Shown: in pieces, positions 37,547 to 50,964 of the stretch
How the letters are laid out: every line of letters starts with the position of its first letter
Numbering within the stretch: the first letter of the stretch is position 1
Origin: Fistulifera solaris
Lineage: Eukaryota
Length of the DNA stretch: 64,000 nucleotides
Assembly: GCA_030295235.1 (NCBI GenBank)
Contig: AP026146.1
Span: forward strand, 372,001-436,000
Direction: 5' to 3'
Notes under the pieces: generated by a model
Databases searched by the model: none
Seen by the model: the letters and a program-made list of their open reading frames with translations, nothing else
What the model was told of the DNA's origin: nothing
Translations under genes and position numbers: made by a program

Positions 37547-37635
37547 AACAAAAATGGCTTCAGTGCACGTCGTTGATCGTTGCTTCTATACAGATTAGTT
37601 TGTTTTGATTTTAAACATCTTGTTAATTAGACTAA

Positions 37636-40500
37636 CTAGCTTATGCTTAGAAGTTTTAGACCCATGAGAGGCGAGCCGGTGATCGAATGGTCAGTTGTTT
37701 TGCTCGACGAATATGCGAGACTGTCGGCGGTGCATGTTTTGTCGAATCCCTTGCCTGCCGATCCTTCGGAAGGGTTGATTCGAGCCCAAGCTGGCCAATT
37801 TTTTGGGTTGGCTTGCGGTGACCTTGGAATCGGGCTTTTAAAATTCGCTTTGGAGGAGATAGGAGGGGAGAAGAAGGGCGACTTGAGGGAACTTAAGCTG
37901 TTTCGACGCGCAGGCGTAGCGCCAGGGAGGCTCATACTCGAAGAAATTCGGGAGTGGGCACTACCTTCATTTGACAGTGACTCACTGAATAATGGCTTCC
38001 TCTTTATTTCCTCGTCATCCGAGAAACCATCGTAGTCGAAAAACGGATCACAGAGGAGTTCAACTGCATCGGGACGTCTGGTATGATCTCTTTGGAAGCA
38101 TTTGCATAATAAACTGGTGAGCGATGCTCTATCGTTGCTGCGTTTTAAGTCGTCGGATTCAATGTTGCCAGCTGGGAGGCACTCACTTGCTTTCACGTGA
38201 TTAAAGAGGGAAACAGGATTGGTAAAGCCCATGTCTTTCCACGGCGGAGAAGCTGTCGCCATCTGGAAGGCAACACATCCAACACTCCAAATGTCTGCTT
38301 TGAAAGTGTATTTTTCCTCGAATACTTCAGGAGCCATGAAATATGGAGCTGCGGAGTAAATGCGTACGCGTGAGTTATAACAAGAAGTTTACGTCGGAAC
38401 AGTCAATGCCAATTCAACTTACTTCCCCTCATAGTCAAACTGAGCAGCATGTTTCCCTCACTTCCCTCGAATCGCTTGCTTGAGCCAAAGTCGGCAAGCT
38501 TCACAACTCCTGCATCATTGACTAATACATTGGAACCCTTGAGATCACGGTGCATAACACGTTGTTGATGAAGGTATGCAAGACCTTTCAGAATTTGAGA
38601 CAAGTAGCTTTTGAGAACGGGAAGACGAAATGGACCAAACTTATCAAGCATCGAGCATAGACTGCCACCTGGCACCCATTCCTGAAAGATATGCAAATAT
38701 TTAGCGTCCATTTCCGCGCCGTGGTAAACAACAATATTCGGGTGGTCAAGAGATTTGAGAAGTTCAATCTCTCTGCGGACATCTTCCATTGGTACATTTT
38801 CCATTCGAATACTCTTGACTGCCATCAATGACCCAGTAGCGGTATTCATTCCAACATGTACAACACCGAACGCTCCCGAACCCAGTTTGGACCCTAGCAC
38901 CCACTCGCCTCTCTGAATGTTTGTCTTTGACGCCGCCTTATCCGGTCGAAGAAGTGAGCGGATTGCGCGATTGATACTGCGCACAATACTAGGGTCCTCA
39001 TTGTCCTTCGTAGCCTTTTTTGGAGGGTGTATGCGTCGATACTGCAATGCAATCACTTTCGGTCTCATCCTTGTTCGTATGCACATCTGATCGCGCAACA
39101 ATAGGGCTAAAAAAATTTGGTTTCGATGATTTCTGGTTCAAAGCATTTACTCCAGAGAACTCTTTTTGGTCGAACTTTTCGTCGGCACGCCGTGACTTCT
39201 CGTTCGTAGAACTGCGCTTATCTGCTTTGATTTCTGGATAAGGTCGTTCGGGCGTGAAGCAACTTTTGATCGGAGAAATGGATAAACTCGGGCTCAATAA
39301 GCCGTTGGCATCAGAGCGATATTGCTTCGATGCACGATCTGAAAGAAACGCGACTTCTCGGACTTGGTGCTGTTCTGCGGAAGTAGCTTTAGGTGATTGT
39401 GGACAACGTGAATTTGAACTCGATTTGACCGAAAAGTGAATTGTTGGGTCCTCGGCCACACGTTCGCAGTCATCATCTGTACCGAAAATCAGAACGTCGT
39501 CGCATCGCTGCGAGCCATGGTCGTCACCAAAAATTTTCCGCTCTTCATTTTGTTCCGCATCACGTTGTTCGATTATCTGCGTTGACGTTTGATCCATAGT
39601 TTCCGCAGTAAGAGAGATGTACGATTTCAAAACAGCACATGTGCCATAACTATCTTCATTTCTGTTGCTATGAATACAACTCTGCTCCGTATCACTGTCT
39701 TCAACAATCTCGGCTACGACGCTGACGGTTTCATCATCGCTCATGCTGCATTCGTTTTCACAGAGTTTCACTGCCGAAACAATTGTAGCAGAGGACTTTC
39801 TGTGGGCAACACCAGCTGCTGATTTTTTCGACTCTTTGTTTCTCACTGACTCACTTTCTATTGATTCTTCGTCTGCGTCTAGCTCTTCATCGTCGCTCAG
39901 CGTATCGTCAGGGTCAATATCCGATTCCTCATCATGGTCAGATTGAATCTCATCGGTACTATTCTCTGAAGCATTCCCTTCATCGTGGAAAGCACTTTGG
40001 TCAATTTCAAGATCATCGTCTTCTACTGAGCTGAAACTTATCGACGAATCCTCTTTAATCGCGCTTTTACAAGATGAATCATCGTCCTCCTCCTCGTCTT
40101 CCACCGATAATTCGTCGTCTGTTTCCTCGCAACTTGATTCCTGTTCGGAGGATGAATCCCCCAAAGACGAGTCTTCGTGTTGAGGACTTTGCAAAATAGA
40201 TACGTCATCTTCATCCTCGGAAGATGCAGAATCGCAACGCTTGGAAACTATCAGCGTTTTTGGAGGTGTTCGTAATGATACCGAGTTACTGCCTAGTGCA
40301 GCGAGAATGCCTCCATTTTGAACGGGCACCTTTCTTTGAGAAGCGGTTCTTCCGGGCATCCTGCAAAGAATATTACTGAATCTGAGAGTCTCCTTGTGCT
40401 CGATGAGCTCTTTCTTGTTGTGTGCTTGATTTTTCTGAGAGAAAAAGTGATGTTGTTGTCTCGAAGCTTTGGGAGACGACCCGGCGTTGAAAGTGTCCAT
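37636..40500 (-). CDS. MAP kinase kinase kinase (STE11/MEKK-like) with long acidic N-terminus; intron 38349-38422
   Basis: GSGAFG, MAVK, 'IFQEWVPGGSL', HRDLKGSN, DFGSSK, 'MRG|TPYFMAPE', DIWSVG. Frame break at ~39015. Start is either 40500 or 40359. Confidence 0.9.
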
Positions 40501-40884
40501 ACAGGAAAAGCCATGTTATTTTTACTTAGACACTTTATGTAGTCTTCCTTTTCATAGACTAATACAGACATGAAGATTTCTTCAACAAAGTTTTTCTACA
40601 CATGTAGTATTAAAATTAGATTCAATTTATTTGACGGATTCTGAATAGAGCAAATTACAGTTGTCAGTATGAATTCCCTGCTCCATGGGCAATGGGCACT
40701 AAGTTTAAGACTTTTTAACTAGGGCAGATAGCTATATTTGCCTCTTTTCGGACCCGTAGGTCTAATCTAAAAGTTTAGAAACTACTCCGTATAAACACAA
40801 GTAGCCTTTTTCCAGCCCAAGGAGTATCTTAGGGCATGGATCTATAAACATGGTTTATTCGCAATCAATAATCGTTGGTCTATT

Positions 40885-43252
40885 TTATGTTTTGTCAAAA
40901 ATGATGCGACGAGTGGGGGAGAGAAGAGGTTTGCGTCGTTTTGTTTGCGAGGAATTCAATGATGACTTTGGCGTCATTATAGCCTTTGACGCTGCAATCG
41001 CTGACTGAAGCTGATTGTCCTCCATTGAGGAAGATGATGATGCAGAAGACGACGTTGACGATGACGACGATGAGGAGGAAGAAGTCGAAGAGGATGATGA
41101 AGACGACGACGATGAGGATGAAGATGATGACGAGGAGGAAGATGAAGAAGTCGAAGAATCATCATCTAGGACCTCTATCCTTGAGTCGTGAGCTTTCTCC
41201 GGTAACTCGTCCAATACATGTACAATTCGTTGGTCGACCGATACGTCGTTCGATGATTTCTCTGCGTCGTGAAGCGCAGCTTTATCGGCTATGGCTACTG
41301 CACAATTATCCTCATTAGAATCTGCAACTGATCCTGCATTCTCTTTGACAGTCTGAGAACAATGAGTATTAGTAATCTGTTCGGTGTCAACTTGATTCCT
41401 TGTACTGTTGTCGCCCGTCTCGCCGCTCCTGGTCGGTGAAACTTGTTGTGTTGCATCTTTTTGTAAAAATGCGCCATCGTTGTCAGGCGATGACACATTT
41501 TCTACTGAAGGATTCGATTCTGACTCTAGTTGGTGGTCTAAATGGGCTGATTGTGACTGACCCTTCTCTTTGCAGGCGACGTCTGAGTCACGTGGCATCA
41601 TGTCTTTTTTGGTGGCACTACTACTTTCTGTGCCGCTACTGACGGTAGAGTTGCTGTCAGTCTCGCTGCTTCCGCTGCTACTACTCCTCGTGCCACTACT
41701 GGTGCTCGAGCTAGAGCTGCTTCCCGTCTCGCCGCTGGAACTGCTTCCGGTCTCGCTGCTTCCACTGCTACTGCTCCCTGTCCCACTACTGGTGCTCGAG
41801 CTGCTGCCGCTGGTGATGCTACTCCCACTGCTGGAATCATCGTCGCCTTTGAATGTCGACTTTGCTTTTTTTGTCGTACCTAGCAGCGATATCTTATCAA
41901 TTATAGTGGCAGGCGCCGAATCATCTTTATTTGTTTCAACCAAGTCGACATCTTGTTCAGGCTCGTCTAGTTGACTTCCACTTCCCTTCGGCAATACATC
42001 TACATTCTTTGAGTTCGCTCCATCGATTACCTCTATCCTAGCGACTTCGCCGTCGTTCAGTCTGAAGCTGTCAGTCGCTGGGCCATTTGTTTTCTCATCG
42101 GGCCCACTTATGTTGCTTGATGATGAGTTTAACTGTGAATCCTTGTGGTGATTGTCTGGACGGGCTATTTGTTGCAAATCAGGAGTATTTGCTTCGGATC
42201 TTGCACCGTCGGAGTAGACTGTCTCGGAAGTTTTTGTACCGCTCTCAAGGACCGCGCCGCCACTCCCTCTTTCGCTGCTTTCGCTACTGCTCCCCGACCC
42301 GGTGCTTCCACTGGTACTACTCCCCGTACCGCTACTTGTGCTAGAAGTGCTTCCCGTATCGCTGCTTCCGCAGGTACTGCTGCTTCCGCTGCTTGATGTC
42401 GACTTGCCTGCTTTGGTTTCCACCATTGCCATATTATCAATCGTTGTTGTAGGTAAAGCAGCGGTTTCTTTGCTCGCAACATCTGTGCTGTCGACAGGGT
42501 TTTCTATTGAATTTGCGGTTTCCTTGTGGAAGGCGTCTCCATGTTTCGTTTCCAATCCATCTTTCTTTTGTCGTCCACAGAAATGACACTATCATTCACT
42601 TTTGCGTCCGATCGACTTGCGTAAGTCGATCTTTTCTCTCGTTATTACGACTCTCGTCTTCTTTCGTTGTGTCTCTCGCTAGTAAAATCGATGCTGCCTG
42701 CGGTGTTTCCAGTTGTCGTCTTTGCCGTTTGCGGGGATTTGGCGTATTCTCCTCTCGTTTCCGTTTCCGCAGTCGAATGATCGGACCATCACCCACACTT
42801 CCCATGATTTCTTCAGCCGCCACAACCCGCACTTCGACTTGCGTCAATGGTTGCAGTAACAAGTCGTACAGAACATGTTGAGGATGCAACAAACAATCTT
42901 GTTCCATTAATTGGAGAGTCAATTGATGATACGAAGTAGTAATCTCCTCTTGCATCACATGCACGACACGTCCTCCCATCTTCAATTGGAGACAAGGTCC
43001 GTAAAAATCGACGAGACGTTCCAAGATTGTTGCATCGACGGTTTGCAAGAATTGCACCATCCATTGTTCGACCGTCACACCGTCCGTAACCACTTGTCGG
43101 ATACAAAATCCTGGATACCAACTCAATGATATTTGTAGCAACTTGTTGGATACAGCAGGACTAGCGTACTCCACCGGCGGCGGAGAAGGATAATTGGGGT
43201 AGTAGAAGAACGGAGGAGGACTATAATACGGATCCGACCAATTCGGATTCAT
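40885..43252 (-). CDS. Ser-rich low-complexity nuclear protein with small N-terminal globular domain
   Basis: Start MNPNWSDPYY, basic NLS-like 'RKRKREENTPNPRKRQRR', three poly-Ser/SG tracts. ORFs join with two homopolymer fixes at ~42565-42600. Confidence 0.6.
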
Positions 43253-44248
43253 TTTTGTGGACTGTTCGAAATGATATCCACAGCAACGCCTTCTCCGACT
43301 CTTACCGTTAATCTTCCTTTGTCCAATGGTAGTCGATTTGATCTTTTGAATGAATAGAGAAGGTACTACAAGAGAAGAATTACAAACAATATAGAACAGA
43401 AATAATGAGGCATCTGTGGCGTTTGGCAGCAAAAATGCGAATGGCGTTCCGATATCGTTTTCAAGTGAGCGGTCGAGGGACAGACTCACGGATCATTATG
43501 AAGAAAAGAGAAAAGAACAGGGCGGCTTCTGTTGGAAACTAGCCACAGTACCTGGTACCGTACCTGGTACATTCACAACAACAAAACCAATGTATTCATA
43601 TAATCGTGTGTTAAAGTGGCTTATCAACAATCCTCCAAAGCCGCAGCGCGGCCTCTCGTTCATTTGAGTAAATGATGGAAGAATACAAATTTTCCGGGAC
43701 TGCGGGCAAGCTTTAGTCACTACAAGTTACACTTTTCACATTAGTCTATAGTGAACACTCATGAACAACTGAAAAGGGCGGCTTGCAAATTCAATCCAAT
43801 TGCAACATCTAAAAACCAACAATTGCTGAAATCAAGATAGTTGCTGAATGTCTTGACAAGAATATAGCTTGACAGCAGTACTACTGTATTGGAGAACTTT
43901 GATTTCACTTTCTTCGAAACGGAGCATGTTCCGGGACTGTCACCTGTCACTGCATTGGTTCACGGACGCCGGCTCGGCAATCTATGTTCAGTGCGCGAGG
44001 AAACGAAAACGTACACGTCATTGCTCGTCCGCCGTACGTCAGTGACTCACAGTATCAACAACGAAACGAAAAAATTGCACGACGTTTTGCGAAGGTGGAA
44101 AATGGAATGATTCATCATCATCATCGTCGTCGTCGTCAAGCGGATCCTTTCTCTTCTCATTTGAGCTTACAAAAGAGTTCGTATCGTCTAGATTGATTTG
44201 ATATCTCTGCTTAGTGAAGAAAAGGACGCGAATTGATACAACAATAGC

Positions 44249-47155
44249 ATGATGTTACGGATACGCATCACGCACCTCGTTTTTGTTCTATCCATTGGCA
44301 TTTCCTACGGATTTGTATCACATTCTTCACCGTTTCATCGAAAGACATCGTTATCGGCGAGATATACTCCTCCTCCTCCTCTACCACCACCTCCGCCTCC
44401 TTTACCGGCACTGGAACCTGTAGAAGGATGGATGAAAGAGACGACCAAAACGTTGAACGAACTTCTATCGAACGGTCCACAATTTGCCGATCTATCTCGT
44501 TTGTCGACACAAATAGGCGTCTCTTTGCAAAACCTAATGAGTTCCATCGAACTCAAGGAACAAATCAATGCCTTGCGGTCACAAATAGATTCATTGGATG
44601 CTGCCGTTCTACAAGAAATTGCAACAGTCACCAATCATATCCAGTCACTGGTCGAGCAAGAATACCCTCTTTTGAGTCCCTACGTACGGCAAATACAAAC
44701 GGTCATGCCACTCCAACTGACGAGCGGTATTACGTTCCTAATGGCGTCGATTCTTTCCGTACTATTTGCGGGAAGTCTTTGGGATTATGCGCAACGGGGA
44801 CCGTCGCAACCTTATCCCACCGGTCGATACGACCCCGATACGGCTCGTGCTTATTTTGATCGTCGGCTCCCCCGGGTCTTGGCGCGGGGATTGTCAATCG
44901 TGTTGCAGTCCTTGCAATTCGGTATCGGTGTACTCAGTGATAAAGTGCTGTAAGTCGAGAATGTACTCCGTTGTGTCAGTCGCATGACAGAGTGTTCTCA
45001 CCTTATTACTACGATGTCTTTTTATCTTTTGTCACAGCAACAAGGAAGAAGAAAATTCATATCAACGAGGACGTGAATTGGCAATACTGTTGACCAAATT
45101 AGGACCGACGTTTATCAAAGTGGGTCAATCACTGTCGATTCGCACCGATTTGTTGTCACCCGCCTACATTCGCGGGTTGGAAACGCTGCAGGACCAGGTC
45201 CCTGCGTTTGATACGGCCATTGCCACACGCATCTTGGAACAGGGTGGGGCCGTCCCGTTAGTCAAGTCTTGGCGGAACCACTTTCGTCCAAACCCATTGC
45301 AGCGGCGAGTTTGGGTCAAGTCTATAAAGCCAAATTGAAACCGGACGGAGAAGAAGTGGCGATTAAAGTGCAGCGGCCAGATATTACAGAACAGATTGCC
45401 TTGGATATGTATTTGGTGCGCAATTTTGCGACCATTGCCAAATCATTCTTCAATCTCAACACGGACACGGTAGGAACGGTTGATGCTTGGGGCGTTGGAT
45501 TCGTTGACGAACTGGATTACATGGAGGAAGCGCGCAACGCGGAGTTCTTTTCGAGCAAGATTGCTGAGACACCACTCCGTGACGTGGTATTTGCGCCAAC
45601 CGTGGTCGATTCATTAAGTACGCGTTGTGTTCTGGTATCTGAGTGGGTCGACGGAGAACGGTTGGATCGTAGCACGTCGGAAGATGTCAGCGTACTTTGC
45701 AGCATTGCCATGAACACGTATTTGACGATGCTGTTGGAAATGTCCATTCTGCATTGTGATCCGCATCCCGGGAACCTTTTGCGCGTCAAGAAAGACGGAC
45801 GACTGTGTATTTTAGATTGGGGCATGGTGACTCGATTGGAGCCAGGCTTGCAGCTGACGTTGATTGAGCACATGGCGCATTTGACCAGTTCAGACTATGC
45901 CGAAATTCCACGCGATTTACTGTTGTTAGGTTTCATTCCGGAAAGTAAAGCCGATTTGATTGAAGACAGTGGAGTAGTGGATGTACTTGCCGACATTTAC
46001 GGAGCCTGGTCGGCCGGCGGTGGAGCAGCAGCAATCAATGTCCCAGATGTTATCAATCAACTTCAAGATTTGACTTCCAAGAAGGGCAACTTATTCCAGA
46101 TTCCACCGTATTTTGCCTACATTGCCAAGAGTTTCTCCGTGTTGGAAGGTATTGGGCTTAGCAATGATCCAAAATATTCCATCATCAACGAGTGTTTGCC
46201 GTATGTTTCCAATCGACTAATTACCGACAAGGAGAATATGGGTCCTGCTTTATCAACGTTCATTTTTGGACCCGAGAAATCCAACAAAGATCGGATTGTT
46301 AGCTATAAGCGCGTGAAACAGCTCGTGGAAGGCTTTGGCGAGTTTACTACGTCTAGTTCTGGCGCATTGTTGGGAAAGAACAACTTAACGCGGACTGAGT
46401 TACTGGATGAAACCACAGATCAAATCATGGATCTCTTGTTTTCTGATGAGGAGACACCACTGCAACAAATCCTACTAGAACAAGTTGCCAAGGTGGTTAC
46501 TTCTAGTGGTCGCTATATTCTCACGAATGTGCGAGAGCAGTCGGGTATTCTTCCGACGGGACGGACGCTTCTAGGAACTTTGGTGGATCCACTGGGATTC
46601 TGGCGAACGAGTCCACTTGTTCGTATGAACGAACTCGACGAAAAAACAATCAATACAACCAGACAGATTGTTCAACTATTTCAAGAGCAAGCACAAAAGA
46701 CAAACAATCCTGTGTTTGACCTTTCCAATTTGACCCGAGAAGAGACAACAGCGATAGCATCTATGCTGGTCCGAAAGTAAGTTTAATTCGTCTACTGACT
46801 TTGCAGCTCGCTTCATTATTTCTCAAATCTCTGTTGTTTCAGAATATGGAGTCGTCGCACAGGCATTTTACAAACTTCCAACCGATTTGCACGCCAACTA
46901 TTGCTGCTCACCGCGGAGAAGCTCGAATTGGGCGAGCGCGATTCAAGAACAGTACCCAAGCGGTTATCACCGGTGGATACCAACAACAGTGGTGAAGTGA
47001 CCCAGCTACCATTGACTCTTTCATCGACAGCGGTGATAAAGGAAAGCAGCCGTTTACAAAGTGCTCGAGCACTTCTCGACAGCTTGCAGAAGGACTCCAC
47101 ATCTGACCTTTCACCTATTCCTGCTTCGAACCAACCCAGCACGACACAACGGTAG
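44249..47155 (+). CDS. ABC1/ADCK atypical kinase, plastid-targeted; introns 44950-45037 and 46777-46842
   Basis: '[19 protein letters not shown]', 'LQDQVPAF', '[13 protein letters not shown]', 'VAIKVQRP', 'HCDPHPGN', 'LDWGMV', 'FQIPPYF'; presequence ISYG-FVS; frame break at ~45243. Confidence 0.92.
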
Positions 47156-47301
47156 AACCCAAAGCAGATTAAGATGACGACGAAGAACTAGTTTTATAGC
47201 TAACACGCGTAGCAAGCCTATTGTCTCAACAAAGACCCATAGAAGGAGTAGATGCCTATTTGTTCTGAAAAGACTCACCAACTCTTTGATTCAGAAAGTT
47301 C

Positions 47302-47865
47302 TTAATTCTCGTCCCCCATAATCATCTTGGCACAAGACAAAACACCCAAGAATGTATTGACAACAATCCCATGCCACATGTACTTGGCCAATTTCGAACT
47401 GTATCGTTGACTGGGATCACCTTCTCCAGCGGCATAGCCATTACTGAATGCCACTCGACCCGCACAAAAGAGCGTGGTCGCTAGAGCCGTCGAGAGGGGG
47501 AAATTCCAAGCCGCCACCAGAGACGAAAGGATGACTTGCGGGAAGGTTTCGAAAATTTGTTGATGCGCGCGTTGCACGCAATTGAAGGCTCGGGCGTGTT
47601 TCGAAGTTCCCTGTGCGTACAAGTTGGGCAACCCGTAGCGTTCGGCAACTTCGATTTCCCCATCTTTTTCGGCGAGTTCTTTGTATTTACGACGCGCTGC
47701 TCCGACTTTCATGCCAAACGTTAAAACCCAAAAGCCCATCCCAATCAAGATGGTCGGCGTGACGGCGTAATATTGCAAGTTACCTTTTCCTTTGGGGGCC
47801 AACTTGGATTCCATGTAGGATAATCCACAAGCGGCGACTCCGCATTGAGCAAGAAGGGATGCCAT
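47302..47865 (-). CDS. MAPEG family protein (microsomal glutathione S-transferase 3-like)
   Basis: 'KVGAARRKY...PNLYA...FNCVQRAHQQIFETFP', 'GRVAFSNGY..GDPSQR'. Confidence 0.9.
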   Translation of the reverse strand: MASLLAQCGVAACGLSYMESKLAPKGKGNLQYYAVTPTILIGMGFWVLTFGMKVGAARRKYKELAEKDGEIEVAERYGLPNLYAQGTSKHARAFNCVQRAHQQIFETFPQVILSSLVAAWNFPLSTALATTLFCAGRVAFSNGYAAGEGDPSQRYSSKLAKYMWHGIVVNTFLGVLSCAKMIMGDEN

Positions 47866-48436
47866 GATGAGATGTTGTACTGGTAGTATTAACTTGATTT
47901 CAAACGAATGGTTGTGTGAAATAATAATGATGTGAATGCGCTACCTGGTACACGACCGTCTTAAGCGCGGAGGAACGAAAATAGAATGCAAAATTGAACT
48001 GACGTCATAGATCGGAAAACGACGTACACCTTGTCGTACAGTTACCTAGAAACCTTATGTAATAGAGCAGCACGCGGCATGGCGCGACGACCGGCGCAAC
48101 GACCATAATTACGAGAGAAAACAACATTACGGTAGGGTTATTTTCGACTCCGAGGGTCACCACGGAAGCCGAAAAGATCGATCGAATGAAAAAATGTCCG
48201 ATCGATCCAGGAAGTTGTTGTTGTTGCCAAGTTCTGTTCGATCCATTCTTGCTATTTGGTTGGTTTATATCGCAGTCCAGTCCAGTCTAGCAAAAGCATA
48301 CCAGTGAACCGGCAAACCAACGAGCTTGAAAAACGAGAAGAAAGGATCGCATTGTTTCGGCTCGGAATTCATCATTCACCGCCCAAGAAGATACGACTAT
48401 CATTTTTTGCTGTGATTGTCATCACTATTGCTCAAA

Positions 48437-48921
<485 letters not shown>

Positions 48922-48926
48922 GTAAT

Positions 48927-50319
48927 ATGAAACGATTCCCTCCCAACTTTTTGTGGGGAACTGCTACCGCGGCCTACCAGATTGAAGGCGCCGCTCACTT
49001 GGACGGTCGCGGTCCCAGCATTTGGGATGCCTTTTCCCAAATCCCCGGCAAAACACACCAAGGCCACACGGGAGACATTGCTTGTGATCATTATCATCGC
49101 TTTCGAGAAGATGTAGCTCTCCTCAAATTCATGGGAGTCAAGTGTTACCGATTTTCGATTTCGTGGCCGCGACTCCTTCCGCAAGGACGCGGTGTCGTGA
49201 ACGAAAAAGGTGTCGAATTCTACAATCAACTCATTGATCTTTTGCTGGAAAACAACATTCAACCATGGGTGACATTGTTTCATTGGGATTTGCCACTCGC
49301 CTTACAGATGGAAATGGATGGTTTACTGAATCCCGCCATCGCCACGTGCTTTGCCGATTACGCGCGTCTTTGCTTTGAGCGGTTTGGCGACCGGGTGAAG
49401 CACTGGATCACTCTCAATGAACCGTGGTGCAGTGCGGTGTTGGGTCATGGCAATGGATACTTTGCACCAGGACGTGTGTCCAACACGGAACCGTACGTGG
49501 CGGCGCATCATCTACTGCGCGCCCACGCGTACATGGTGAATGTGTATCGTCGGGAATTTCAGTCCACGCAAGGCGGAGTGATTGGTATTACTAACAATTG
49601 TGATTGGCATGAGCCCTTTACGGATTCGGAGGAAGACCGTGCGGCCGCTCAGCGTGCTCTCGAGTTTTCGTTGGGTTGGTTTGCCGATCCGATCTACTTT
49701 GGGGATTATCCACAAAGTATGCGCGATCAACTCGGACCCAGATTACCCGAATTCAGCGAAGAAGACCGAGCGTTATTACGGGGATCGTCGGATTTCTTCG
49801 GCCTGAATCATTACAATACCAACATGTCGGCCGCCCGGCCCGACGATCATCCCCCCGATCAGGATGGCGGCATCTTTCAGGATATGTACAATTGCGAAGG
49901 TTATCATGTCGAATTGGTGAGTGATCCTTCGTGGAAACAAACCGACATGGGGTGGAATATTGTGCCCTGGGGGATTCGAAAACTGTTGGAGTGGATCGAC
50001 CGTCGATACAGTCATCCTCCCATTTACATTACCGAAAACGGTTGTGCGATGCCCGGAGAAGACGATCGAGAAGTCGCTTTAAATGATAAAGGTCGTCTCA
50101 AGTTCTTTCAAGGCTACATTGGAGCTTGTCACGAGGCTATTGAAAATGGAGTCGATTTAAGAGGTTACATGTGCTGGAGTATGTTGGATAACTTCGAATG
50201 GGCGCACGGTTATAGCAAGCGTTTCGGATTGACTTGGGTCGATTTTGCCACGGGTGAGCTGTCCCAAGGCGTCCTTTCAATGGTATTCGAATGTTTGCAA
50301 AACTAATAGTTTAGAGTGA
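48927..50319 (+). CDS. Glycoside hydrolase family 1 beta-glucosidase (intronless, no signal peptide)
   Basis: 'FLWGTATAAYQIEGA', 'YRFSISWPR', TLNEP (acid/base), ITENG (nucleophile), 'WSMLDNFEWAHGYSKRFGL'. A terminal frame break at ~50260 gives ...PKASFQWY..., stop at 50319. Confidence 0.95.
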
Positions 50320-50964
50320 ACCACGCTATGATTTCTTTGTTAGGAACTGACCATACGGAAGTAGAAACGCAACGCAACGAATAAACGATAATGTGAAAAT
50401 GATTTACTCTAGACCCTAGCCTCTAGCCTAAGCAAACGGAATCATCGGGAATCATCATCAGCCCAAGTTTTTTCATTACCACCTTGAGCACGTGCGATCG
50501 TGCGCGCATTCGGTTGCTGTTCTGTAGAACCGAAGAGTAGTACTCCGTGATTCACACGTCAGTCTTTCTCGTTCTTTGGCCAAACGTATTTCGTTTTTTC
50601 ACGCACCTCCTTCCATTTTCGATCAACTTCGGGAAGCAAACAGCGCGGAGTGCCGAACCGAGTGCGAAATACCGGTGTGCCACAAGGAAAGTACAATCTT
50701 TAGTACATATTAGGGGAGAGTAAAAGTTGGGGTTCTCGTTGCAGCGTGCGAGCCGATCCAGTCAGAACGGCAGACCCAAATCGAGCAAGAAACGTTTTCT
50801 GGATGAGCGGCCATTTGTCATAAAATCCGGACAGACTGAGACGAAAGCGTCGTCGGCATTCCTATTCTAACTGCCGGCTTGCACTTCCTTTGGTAGCTGC
50901 AACTTTGATTATTTCATCTCGTGGACTCTACATAATTCAATTTCTCCGCATCCGTTCCTTTAAT

